A stretch of DNA of 64,000 nucleotides from positions 3,126,061 through 3,190,060 of the forward strand of contig MU006089.1 of NCBI GenBank assembly GCA_010093705.1. The letters are read 5' to 3'. The translations under genes and the position numbers were made by a program. Of this stretch, positions 37,550 through 49,485 are shown piece by piece. This stretch comes from Patellaria atrata CBS 101060 (Eukaryota). The number at the start of each line of letters is the position of its first letter. Positions within the stretch are counted from its first letter, which is position 1. The notes under the pieces were generated by a model, which saw only the letters and a list, made by a program, of their open reading frames with translations, ran no database searches and was not told the origin of the DNA.

Positions 37550-39276
37550 GCAAATGAAAATCAACCTCCTAGGCCTAATGCTCGTCAAGCATGCTTCATC
37601 TCGGCAGCGCACGAGATTTTTTTCATACTTACAGCGACAATGAGCGTGGCCATGCCAAGTTTCCTTAGGGGGGACCATAGTCATATCCTCATTTGTAGCA
37701 AAGGATCTTGATATGACCACTTCTCAGATAACATGGATTACAGCCTCATCAGTGTAAGTCTCTCACCTTTCCCCCAAGAAGAGCAAAAACTGACGATGAT
37801 AGCTTAACTTCAGGCTCATTCATCCTATTCTTCGGTAAGGTTGCAGATATGTTCGGTCGGCGAATCATCTTCATCTCCAATATCTTTCTTTTCGCTGTCT
37901 TCGCACTCGCTACAGGCTTCTCGCGCGATGGAATCACTCTAGATGTCCTGAACGGAGTTATGGGCTTCGTTTGTGCGGCAACTGTACCTACTTGCTAAGG
38001 TATCCTTGGTAGCCTATACGAGAAACCGTCCAGGAGGAAGAACTACGCATTTACCTGCTTCAGCGCGGGGAATCCGCTTGGTTTCATGTTCAGTTATATT
38101 TTCTCTGGAATTGCTACACAGCTCTTTGGATGGTGGGCGGCGTTCTGGCTGCTGGCTATCATCTACTTGGTTGTAACGATCGTTGCTTGCTTTTACGGTC
38201 CCCGTGGACGACACCGAGAAACTATCTCTGACGGTTCAGTCACTTTGATGTCGTTGGTGCAGCGTTGACTGTTGGCGGTATCGGATCGTTCTCAACTGGC
38301 CTTAGGTAAGCAAGCTGTTCTGAGAGATGCAACGGAAGCTGATAGATACTGTATAGTACCGGTTCAGATGCTCCTCAGGGGCTGGAAGACGCCACACGTG
38401 CTAGTATTCATCGTGCTAGGTGTCCTGATAATGGCTACTTTCGTGTGGTGGGAATGTCGATTTCCATATCCGCCCATGCCAATGAAAATCTGGCGCGATA
38501 GGGATTTCTCTCTGGTCCATCCGCTGCTACTTCAGTAGTATTTTTTTGCTGATTTCACTCAGCTTATGATGATTCTATTGCTCGGTTTTGTAGCTTTTCC
38601 GCCTATGACGTTCTTCGTTGCGCTATATCTACAGAAGCTATCCGGATATTCCGCATTAAGCACACCGATGCACATGCTTCCCATGGCAGTTAGCGGGATC
38701 ATTATGAATGTAAGTTTTGCAATGTTTGAGCAATTCACATCGATGATATTGATAATTTACTCTAGATCATTGCCGGATTAGTGTTACACAGAGTTTCCAA
38801 CTAGCTATTAATGGGCAGAGGAGCTCCGGCATACACAATCGCCTTCCTCCTCGTAGCTGTCCAGCGCTCTGGGGATTCCTACTGGGCATTCACCTTCCCA
38901 GCCCTAGCCATCGTCGTAATCGGAGCCGATTCCGAGCTCAACGTTGCTAAAGTGAGTACTAGATCCCTCCATCACATACCCGCATTACCCCTGATTCATC
39001 ACGTCCCAGATGTACGTCCTCTCCTCGTTACCCAAGTCGCAACAACCGATCGCCGGCTCCATCTTCCAAGCGATCACGAAAATCTTCGTCACGGTCGGTC
39101 ACGGTGTCTTCACGGCCGTTTTCAGAAGAGTTGAAGAGAATCCTGCGACGTTGGGCTACTATGCGCATGACTCCTTTGAACCGTATGCTGCTACTTTTTG
39201 GTGTACGATGGTGTGCACTTTTATTAGTTTGCTGCTTGTCCCGTTTCTTACGATTAAGATGCAGGGTCATGGATAA
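37550..39276 (+). pseudogene. MFS drug:H+ antiporter-like transporter pseudogene
   Basis: MFS motif A FGKVADMFGRR and typical segments (SAGNPLG, GWKTPHV, PMKIWRDRDF, SYWAFTFPAL, QQPIAGSIFQ). Disrupted by a frameshift near 37667 and an in-frame TAA at 37996-37998. Start not found. Confidence 0.85.
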
Positions 39277-39675
39277 TATATGGGGACCGTGGTATAAGAG
39301 CTCTTTGACTTTATCATATAGAATGTACTGACTACTAAAAATGATGGGATTATACCTCAGTATGCAATTATACTGGAGGTGCGGAGTGTACTAAAGAGGA
39401 AATTACACTTCAGAAGTGTATCGTATCCAGAAATTAAACCGTACCAAAGAGTGAATTATACCCAATGCATAGACTATACAAAGAAGTGATTCTACGAAAA
39501 GGCCGTGTTGAAGCCGAATCTACGACACTCAAGGAACAAGTCCTACCCCACGAGATGAACTACCCGTACCAAAGCGCCCCATCTCACAAAAACCAGCAGG
39601 AATATAAAAAAAAAAAAACCTTTGAAACTCACCCCAACTCCTATATCCACCAAACTAAACGACACACCCCCCATC

Positions 39676-40410
39676 CTAATACCACATCAAATGCATACTA
39701 TCTTCCCCCCTCCCCAACTCCCGCACCAACCCCCCAAACGCCCTCCTCCCCCTCACCGTCCTAAACCTCAAACACACCCGCCACCTAAACCGCGGACCGG
39801 ACCTCTGTCGCCTAATCCCCCCCTCCACCTTCGTTGGAAACCTGAACTCCCCCTCCCCCAACTGTAGAGCCCGGAGCCCAGTGCGCATCCCGTACACGGC
39901 TCTGAGTTGTCGGAAGCGGATCTTGAGGACGCGCCGGACCCGGACGCGGGAGTTGTGGATGTGGAGTTTGATGCCTTTGCGTATGAGGGGGGTGGCCGGG
40001 GGGGAAGGGGAAAGGAATTCGGATGAAGAGGGGGAAGGGGAAGGGGAAGGGGAGCGCGGTGTGTATACCTCGCGTACGGAGATCTTGTCGCCGCGGAGGG
40101 TCCAGTAGATTTTCTTGTTCTCTTGTACCGGATTTGGGAGGAAGGGTTTTAGGGGTTCGATGCCGGGGGTTTCGGGGTACGGGAGGTTGGTTTTGAGGCG
40201 GAAAAAGGGGGTTGGCGCCTCGGAGTCGTCGGCGAGGTAGCCTGCGTCTTCGGCTGCTGAGGACTTGCGGGATACTGGGGGGGTGGGGAGGAGAGGTTGG
40301 TTGTTATGGCAGGTTTTGCAGGTGCGCTCGAGACAGGGGCGGTGAAGGGTTATGGTGGATTTGGGGGTGTAGTAGTCGATTTTGTAAGTTTTGTGGCGGC
40401 AGGGGGGCAT
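39676..40410 (-). CDS. Hypothetical Pro/Arg-rich protein
   Basis: 244-aa ATG ORF with an N-terminal Cys cluster (PCLERTCKTC). No recognisable family; low complexity. Confidence 0.35.
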   Translation of the reverse strand: MPPCRHKTYKIDYYTPKSTITLHRPCLERTCKTCHNNQPLLPTPPVSRKSSAAEDAGYLADDSEAPTPFFRLKTNLPYPETPGIEPLKPFLPNPVQENKKIYWTLRGDKISVREVYTPRSPSPSPSPSSSEFLSPSPPATPLIRKGIKLHIHNSRVRVRRVLKIRFRQLRAVYGMRTGLRALQLGEGEFRFPTKVEGGIRRQRSGPRFRWRVCLRFRTVRGRRAFGGLVRELGRGEDSMHLMWY

Positions 40411-40980
40411 GGGGGGGGGGTTTTTTTTTTTTTTTGGGAGGGGGTTTAGTGTGGAAGAGATTGGATTAAGGAAGAGAATATTGTTTGAAGGTGACTTTGA
40501 TAGGAAAAGAGGCGTCTGAATAGAAATTTGTGTTTATGTGGAAGAGGTTTGAGGGAGAAAAGGCTGTTTCTGGGAGAAGAGAATGCTGGTCGTTGTTTAC
40601 GTTTCGGGATTCTGTTATTAACTGGATGATGGGAAAGAGCTTTTGACTAGACTGTAAAATAAGATTTGACTAGGTGCACGAATACACAATTTGATGTGTT
40701 CAGGATACTGATCTTGAATTGACGGAGAGCGACTTTGAGATACAGATGGGAATGATGCGAATAGAATGAAACGCGGACCTGCCGTATGGATGTGATATCC
40801 CTGTACGTGTCGAGGTACACTGAACAGTATAAACATTTTAGAACTTAGAAATCTTCCTTGTTATTTATTGATCTCTATGTTATTCTTTGTTTAAGTTGAT
40901 TGTTCTATTGTTAGTTTGCTATAATTGTTCTTTCATATATCCTTGGTAACAAAGAGAGTTTGTCGATTTTCAGAGTTCCG

Positions 40981-41541
40981 ATGGATATAGAACGGAATAG
41001 TGATTATGAAAGGAAAGTCACGTTCTCAACCACAGTTCACTTCATCCTGCCATGGTTCGAATCTGTACTATTCTCGACCCTTGCTGAAAATTTATTGGGC
41101 CCTGCAAGAGGAATAGAAGCATCACTAGGTGTCGACCCCGGTGCGGCGAGCAAACCGAAGCGTAAAAAGGTTGAGAGCAAGAGCAAGAAGGGCAAGGACC
41201 TTACGACGGAGGCTACTGATGATATGATGTTGGATCCGAGCTTTGTGGAAGGCCTGCCTACAGGGTTTGCAGTAACAGACGTTAGCATAACGTTAAGAGT
41301 GGCGGAAAAGGATACGGTAATTCCAACCGATAGTTTGGCAAGCGGGTTGGGGAGAACGAGGATGCAGAGGGCAAAAGAGAAGGCAAAGAAAGCTCCAAGG
41401 CACGTAATAAAGATCGTGAAGAGATTAAAAGAGTTGCACGCAGCCAAACAACGGAAGAAGGGCAAATTGCACGACCTTTATCCAGAGTCCAACAAGCGCC
41501 TAAAATCCAAAGCACGTAACATATTTTTAAATCCTCTGTAG
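40981..41541 (+). CDS. Hypothetical Lys-rich protein or gene relic
   Basis: Open frame from ATG 40981 with protein-like composition. No family motif. The downstream sequence looks like decayed coding DNA. Confidence 0.3.
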   Translation: MDIERNSDYERKVTFSTTVHFILPWFESVLFSTLAENLLGPARGIEASLGVDPGAASKPKRKKVESKSKKGKDLTTEATDDMMLDPSFVEGLPTGFAVTDVSITLRVAEKDTVIPTDSLASGLGRTRMQRAKEKAKKAPRHVIKIVKRLKELHAAKQRKKGKLHDLYPESNKRLKSKARNIFLNPL

Positions 41542-43782
41542 GGTTAAATGATTTGTACGATCCGGAAGTTTTTGTATGTTCTCGCTTCTGATGTACACCA
41601 AAGTCGGAGAACCCCTGAGAGTGAACAAACGGGAAGGAAGAAATTTTACGACATAGGAAGAGGTAAACTATTGTCTCTAGGTTGAACGATGAAATATTGT
41701 CTTTCGCGAATATATGTCTCTGGTGTTTGTACTGTACGAGGTTTTGGAAAGTTTTGAATCGTACGGGAGGAGAAAGTTTTTCTGAGTTGGTGCAAGAGAG
41801 GCTTTGAGACGGCCCGCCTGACTTTTTATAAGAGATTTGTCCTTAGTGATTAAGTACATTACATTTACAGAAAAGACCTACGAGTGCTGCGTGATGAGAA
41901 GAGGGTTCATCTGGTCTCTATTAGGATATGCTTTAGAGTAAAATATCCCCTCTATACGCCATTAATCAAACTCTCTTGCCTGGATGATCTTTCATTCCGG
42001 GCCTGATGGGTATAGAGCTTGTAGTCCTGGCTCGTGTTCGTAACAAGTGCTGAGGATATGAAGTTCAAAGGCCGTTATAAGTTCTACTCTGCGAGGGTTC
42101 TTCCTTAGCGGTGAATAGTAGAGAAGAAAAATGGGAGTCTGAAGTCAAACTTTAAGCTCAAAAAATGGAGGATGAGCATTTTAACGATACACGAAGCCAC
42201 CTAAAATACTGTTCGCTTTTCAATACAGCATCCTAAAGCAGTAGAATGTCTCAATGTACCAGCATCCTCATTTTTCTCCCCTCGAGCCCAACTTTGCCAC
42301 CGAAATGTTGAGGGACTGTATGATCGGGTATTTGACGGCGTCTGCGACGCCGTTTGGAGATCACTGGAGATCCTGATATGGGTCATGAGAGGATGTAGAA
42401 TTATAAATTGGGAGGAAACTCCTTAGTGCTTCATATTCGTGGTTGTCGAGAAAAGCGATAGAAATCTTTGGAGATCTCCATACTTCTGCTTCGGTAGGAG
42501 TAAAATTTAGAACATACCCTGTCATGTGGCTCCCTCTTATCTGTCTTTGTCTTTCGCATTTCTCATGGTTGGCCACTCCCTGGTACTGTGCTTTTTCTTG
42601 TATTCGCTACGAGCCTACGCCCAGTCGGTACTGTCGAATCCAATTCATTAGACGGGAGACCCTACGTGTCAATATAACTGAAGTCAAGTCCACTACTTGT
42701 AGAAATTACATACAGTCAAGTCAAATAGAAGATGGATTGATGAGGAAAGAGATGAAACGTTATTTCACGCGACGGTCAGTAAGGTAGAGATATATAATGA
42801 ACTAACTATACCGAATCGGGAAGCTTACATCTGAACCTCCATCGAACGCAGCAGCACAAATGGGGAGCCGGTCAGACTGTGGCCAAACAGTTTCTCCATT
42901 CCGTTAGAAACTATTATTCTCACCCCCCAAAAAGGGCGATTCCCCTCACCAATAGGTACTCCAACCTCCTCCGTCCTCCCCCGCACCCCTCTCCCCATCC
43001 CAAGCCATCCCTCCCTACCTCCCCAAACCAAAACCATCCACCTACATCCCATCATCGATCGTCTGCGCCTCCGCTCCGTCATACCACATAAGGTAGTTCT
43101 AAAAGCCGACGGGAGCGAGACCGGCATCCGACTTGCCCGTTCCGGTTATGTGCATAGCTTCGTCGAACGGCGTGGTATGCGTTCCGATTTGGAAAGGGGA
43201 AGGTGATGGATTGGGAAATCGCTCCTACTGGGGTAGTTTCGACTCTACCCCGCCATGGCCTTGCATCCCCTCCATTTTCGGGATTGGCTGGATGACGGGA
43301 GGATGTCCAGTGGAGGGTAGAAGATGGGACCTTCTGCTTTTAGTTCTATCGGGGGTCCGGGACTCCTTTGGGGTTGTACTGTACCTTACCGTTGATGCCG
43401 AGATAGATGGATGCGTGTGGGAGTGTAGCGAGGGAGGTCTACTACGAGGACCATGCTGCTGTAACACTAAGTCCATACCTGCCTTACCCGATGAAGATGC
43501 TCGCATACCGATGCTCGCATACCTACACAGAGGGTATTTGAAATGGAACGTCTTCCGCCGGAGAGTCGGGTATCAGCTCCATAGCTACTGCAAGAACTTC
43601 TTCCGTGGACAGCCGGCTCGGTTGAATACCTCATGCTGTGTGTGTATGGTATGATAAGAGTACTTATCACACCTGTACGGTAGGTGTATAGTACAGTGTA
43701 TTCTACTGTAGATTTGACAACGGACGAAAGACGAACGATAGAAAGCTCAAGCATTGGAAGATCTCTTCTTGAAGTCCAAAAT

Positions 43783-43817
43783 CCCATATCCCCATATCCC
43801 CATATCCCCATATCCCC
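43783..43817. repeat. (CCCCATAT)n tandem repeat; G-quadruplex-like on the minus strand
   Basis: cccatatccccatatccccatatccccatatcccc. Confidence 0.85.
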
Positions 43818-44082
43818 AAAGGAGTGTATTAACATTAAACACAACGCTTGCCGCCCACATTATGCATCCCCTTAGTCCTAAAACCCCCCAAAAAAGCGAA
43901 CGTATCTGTGCATTTTCCCATCCAGGTCACGCAAACCCAAAAAACCAACACCCACGCAATGCATCCATCAGCGCTCTAATACCACAATGATTGTAATGGC
44001 CGTCCAAAACCCTCCTAAAGGACTCGCCCATCCAGCTACCCCATAAAACCACCTCATAGAAGTAAGGTACCAGTAGCCCCAT

Positions 44083-45234
44083 CTAAATCATCCCCCTCCC
44101 CCTCTCCCTCCCAACCCCCTCACTCCCCGCACTCCCTCCCCCTCCCCTCCAACTCTCCCCCGTCCCCCCACTCCCCCTTTTCTCCTCCCACTCCTGTTCC
44201 CCAGGCCACCCATGAAACCCATCCACGCCATGGAACCCCTCGCCCCCATACCCATAACTATACCGTCCCGTCTCATCGTACCGGAGTCCATAGCTCTCGA
44301 CCGGCGGCGCCCCCTGCGCGATGCGGGTTTCGATGGTCCGCCGGCGTTCGCGGCGGCGCCCGAGGATGAAGGCCCCCAGGAAGGCGGCGATGAGGAAGAT
44401 TCCCGCGGGGATCCCGACGCCGATGGCGATTTGGGCTGTGGTTGTGAGACCGCTGGAGGGGGTTGGTGAGGCCGATGAGGATGGGGAGGTGGATGGGGAG
44501 GTGCGGGCTTCGTCTGTAGGTGAGGGGGAGGGGTTCGATGAAGGCGATGAGGTGGGAGGGGTTGAAGAGTTTGCCTCTGCTGATGGAGATGCTGAAGAGG
44601 ATGGAGCGGTGGAGGGAGCCTCGGATAGAGAGGGAGAGGGAGAGGGAGTACCGGATATAGTATCTAGTGCGAGGGAGGAGGGAACGGCCGGTGATGAGGA
44701 TGGCAACGAAGTTGTAGGACTTGCTGAGACGGCTGTTGTTCAAATTGTTAGCGAGATATTTTCATAGTCTTCCTCTCGAATATTGAATATGCGAATGTTT
44801 GCTCTGTTTCTGTTCTCCATGCACACAACACTAATTTCCTAGGAGCTCACTTACCAGCACAATATTGTTCCCCGTATTGAGCCACCACTGCTCCATCCGC
44901 TCCACAAGCTTGATTAGCACAGTCTCTGACACCGAACTGGAAGTTTGCAGCATTGCATATGCAGTTCTTGTCATCGATACCGCACCCGAATTGGGCGCTG
45001 GCAATAGTGAGCATGTTTCTGACACATGTTTGCTACATGAAGAATTAGCATCTCAACTTCCGAGAAACTGGATAAGAGATTCAAGCCAGAAGTAGGTCCT
45101 AATCTTAGAAAATCGAAAGCTTAGGAAGGTAAACTTACCCCACAAGCCGGCAAAGTGTTCACATCCTGAGCCACGACCCTCGCCGCCCACAGCCCCAAAA
45201 TTGCGAGCAACGAAACCTCATTTCTCAAAATCAT
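44083..45234 (-). CDS. CFEM-domain single-pass membrane protein
   Basis: Signal peptide. Introns 45138-45033 and 44854-44733 rebuild an 8-Cys CFEM domain (LPACG/QTCV...GCGIDDKNCICN...VRDCANQACG...EQYCA). Then an S/P/T stalk, TM AQIAIGVGIPAGIFLIAAFLGAFIL and RRRERRR. Confidence 0.87.
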
Positions 45235-46207
45235 GTCTGAGATATGACGTCCCAACTCCAGAAACGAAGTTTTCAGAAACGAGATCTCGCAATCCCTTTC
45301 CCAAAGTCCAAGGAGTGGCAAAGGCAAAACCAGGCGTGGAGAGAAAGGCCTCATATCTATATACTATACGTGTTTGAATCGGGTCCGGCCCTATGTGACG
45401 CAAATAGCTAGGGCATTCTTAATCTTCCGCATAGAGTAGGTCCCTTTGCTAAGTCGAAAACTACTTAAGTTATGCGCGTAATCTCGAGTTGCATATTAAA
45501 AGATGGCTGCCGGCCCAATCACCTAAATGCAGCCGATGCATGGCTAAAGTGCTACATTACCAGGAGAAGGTCATGCCGAAGGTAAGAGTACGGTATGGAC
45601 CATTGCGGACCATTACACGCTTGCTGAAACGTGGAAGGAGGACAGTGTCTTTGTGTTTGTAACCGTGTGGAATTTGCATCTTTCTTTTGGCTTTCCAGTC
45701 ATACAGAATGCTCCGAGTTTTTGAGCCTTTGTGATTTCAAAATAGGGGGTTCATATGGAGTTGGCGCTGATCATTGGTGTAGCGGGGTCGCGGGACGATC
45801 AAATCAGCATGGCGGGGTGTACTGCTGTGCTCCCATGCTTCTCAGCCCAAAGTCTCATCTGCAGACCCTCACACAAGTGGCGTATCTCTGAGTTGGGACG
45901 ACGAGATTCTAGAAAATGTTTGTGTTTCCTACATTCTGAAGCCAAAAGGGGTATCTCTCGTTTACATAACTAGTGTACGGTCTGGTCTAGCATCAATCCG
46001 TGTCTTAGATACCAGCTCTCAGACCAAGACGCCATACCTTCCAGTAGAATCCCAAAAGCGCCATTGCTCTCGCTTGGTTCGAACTAAGACTGTGTGTAGA
46101 AAGAAAAGATATATGTACGAATACATAAGTGAGGATCAAGGGAGTGATCATGATAATTTCACATAGTCCCGAATGTACCATTCAAGTATTTGCTAACTAT
46201 ACTTCAT

Positions 46208-48645
46208 TTATCGTAACCCGGATGATCCCCAAGACGGAGGAGGTTGCTGATGCATACGATTACCATAAACAGGATTCCAACTGTAAGAATTCGTGTTGCT
46301 GCTGGCGGCACTGTTTTGTGGAGGAGGTACGGTATACGACTGCGAATGTACAGCAGTCTGTACATTCGGTGCTGAGTGCTGTTGTGCCGGATTTGGTGCA
46401 GTTTGGTATTGCTGGAAAGTATTACTCTGAGTTCTTTGCGTCTGAGGTCCTTGAGATCTTGAATTTGCATCTAGTCCAATAATTAGCTTCGGTTATTCTA
46501 CCTTTATAACGTAGTACATACTGTAATTATTAGAATCGAGATACTGCTGTAGCTGGTATATCGGATGTTGATGTTGAATATTTTGATCCTGAGACGTTTC
46601 TTGTTGATTGCTCGTGTTCATCTGTGGAGCTGTCGCCATGTGCTGTTGCTGTTGCTGTTGGCCCCCTCTTGGCTGATTTGCATGGCTTTGTTGCACTGTA
46701 GTCCACTGCTGATTGGCATTGTTCTGCTGACTATTGCTACGCTGTGGCATTGTGGTGACATTTTGAGAGTTGCTACGCTGGACACTGGGCGTAGTTTGCT
46801 GGCTGGTGTTTCTATGCTGTTGCGCGACAGCAGCTTGAGCCGTTGCTCTAGCGTTAGATGCCTGGCTTGCTTGCGATATTTGAGAGTTGGCTCGAGAATG
46901 TGTGTTCTGATTACCTTGCGTGGGTTGTGGTCTACTCCTTGGGGGTGGTGGTGGCTGGGGTTGGTTAACTTGTGGGGCAGCAGTCCTCTTTGCAGGCGGT
47001 GGAGGAGGAATGGGAGTTGCTGTTACTTCTTCCTCTTGTGGAGGCTTTTTCGTATCTTCCAGTTGCTTAACTCTCTGCTCCGCTTCTAGTAATCTTGATT
47101 TCAACTGAGTAATCTCATTGACCGCTTCACGGAGTTGGCTTTCTAGTCCCCCGTTTGGACTAGTAATAGGTGCGGTGGTTGGAACTGGTACTGAAGCTGC
47201 AACTGTAGCTGGAGCTGGAGCTGAATGCTCTCTGGTGAGATCAATGGCTGAATTCTGCTGACTCGCGGGATGCGTTTTATGGAATACTGTTGCTTGAATT
47301 TTCGCAACAGAATAGACACAGGTCCGCATTTTCTCTACACACTCCTTACATTTAGGGCGAGCGGAGTCACACTGTAGAAAATCAGTGATTGAGGCATTTG
47401 AGTATGTTAATGTCAAAACATACCCTCACTCGTTTGATTCTACAAGAGTCACAGCTCTTATTCATCTTAGGGCCAATCACTTTTAACAATCCATTCCCCT
47501 CAAGACTAGGTTGCTGCTTGTCAGGGGTTGTGGTAGGAGCAGGATTGCTCTCAGGTGCAGGTTGCTCCTCATCAGTGCGTATAAGGTTGAGCAGGGAATG
47601 AAGGCTCTGCATTCTCAAGTCACTTTCAATCGTAGTGGATGATTGTCTTTCTTTCTCTGCTTCCCTTTTTTTACGTTTTTCTTCCTTTCGTTTCTCCTTT
47701 TCTGGATCAACGTCTTTCTGTTTTCTGGCTTCTGCCTTCTGAGCCTCAATTGCCGCAGCTTTCTCCGGATCTGTCAACTCTAATATCTTCATCCTTTTCG
47801 AATCTTTCCTTGGCGGGGGTGCCCTAGCTTCGTACGATCGATGAACGGGTACATGCCTATAGGTAACCTCTAGACTTTGTTTCGTTGCGGAGAATTTGAC
47901 AGCGAGAACACCGCGACAGTCATATACGGGCTTTCTCGCTCTTTTGCCTACGAAGGGTTAATATATATCATGCTTGCTTAATATCTTAGACTGCGATACC
48001 TTGAGTTAAAGCTTTCCCATTCGCAGCACGGTCTTTGTTGAGCAGAGAGTCATTACAATAATAGGAGAAGCGGAATGCCTCATCTTCTCTACTCTTCCAA
48101 TTATTATGAAAACTGTATCTATATCCATCTACTTTTTGTATTGAATTTACGACAGTCTTAGCAATAGCACGTTGCTTTTTCATAGCCTCCTTCTCATCCT
48201 GAGGCTGCTGATTATTGATCGCTTCCATGATGCTCATCGGCGTTACAGTGGTGCTGCTGGAAGTAGGACGTTGCTGTGGCCCTGCTGCATATTGAGCACT
48301 TGTACTAGAGCCATTCTGGTACCACTGGGATGGAGGGCCGTTGTTATCAGAGCGGGGAAGGTCGACTAAGAAGGATGTCCCAGGCCAGAAGGAGAGCTCG
48401 CAGGACGAGTGTTCAGCTTCCCTCTCTTCATCTTCCAAATATGCCTTCAATTGAGCTTCAAAGTCTTCGAGAGAGGCTACTTTACAACGCGTGATCTGAG
48501 ACTGAGGATCTTTGGCGGAACGACCGCGTGGCAATGATACAGGTCCATGTGTCCACGGTTCATCGGTTGTCGAGCTGGATCTGGTGTTTTGATTTTGGGC
48601 ATGTTGAGGAGTTATGGGTGTTATGGGAATATTGTAGTCATCCAT
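46208..48645 (-). CDS. Zn(II)2Cys6 transcription factor-like protein with an additional N-terminal C2H2-type (WRKY-GCM1-like) domain and a Q-rich C-terminus
   Basis: ATG at 48645. Introns 47999-47948, 47423-47372 and 46521-46471 join four exons in frame. Zinc cluster CDSCRIKRVR/CDSARPKCKECVEKMRTC, then a coiled coil (LESQLREAVNEITQLKSRLLEAEQRVKQLE). Confidence 0.85.
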
Positions 48646-49485
48646 CGTCCCAAGCAGCAAGCGCGCACCGGAGTAGTGGTAGGTATTATTTCACAGGTAA
48701 TAGAGAGGTTGCTGGCTACAGGTGCTTTACTCCGTACAGTACGAGGCCTGCAGCGTGCGCTTGTCATCCCTGACGAACTTGGGAGAGAAAGGTGTGGGAC
48801 AGACGATTTGGCACGGACTTTCTAGCCAGAAGAAGATAAGTGCTCTTCCAAGCCTTGCCTAAGCCGCATTTATCATCGCGCTGGTCTATTATCCAGCCAT
48901 CCTTCTTTTAGATTAGTTACATCTCTACGTGATAACTCACCTCCACAGCCACCTCACGTGCCTGCCCAGAGTCTCGGCCTTGGCAAAGTACCCTCTCTAA
49001 AAAGACACCGGACCTGCTCATGGGATTACATCACACTGCCTTATGCTCGCACACACCCATGCCAGCCATCCCATCTAGGGAGATCTACCTATGAATCGCC
49101 TTTGCGTATTACCTTAACTCTTCCCAGTCCAAAGTGCATACATCGGGGGCCTGTCCATACGTACCAACTATGTCTTCCCCTTATCCTATTACGATATTTA
49201 CGCTTCCCAAGATAAAAGCCGCTGCTGAGCTCCTAGAGTCTAATATAAAGCTAAGGAGACTAAGGTAATGAAATGGTAAGGTATTTCTTATACTTAGCAT
49301 GTCTAAGGCAGCTTCCTACTGTTCATCCAATTTCACACGATCATAGCTGTCTGACTTCACCATCTGCTCTCATATTCCCCTTATTGTGCCTCCCTCGTGC
49401 AAGACACCTACCCTCTGACTCCCTCTATACCATTCTATCAATATAGAATACTCTTAGCATTACATTGTGCAGATCCTATATCACC

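Noticed and set aside
43652..43669. Inverted GATA pair TGATAAG-AGTA-CTTATCA
   Set aside because: Not upstream of any supported gene and could arise by chance.
42825..43844. Overlapping 70-170 aa ORFs on both strands
   Set aside because: Low complexity, mostly non-ATG starts, and no family features.
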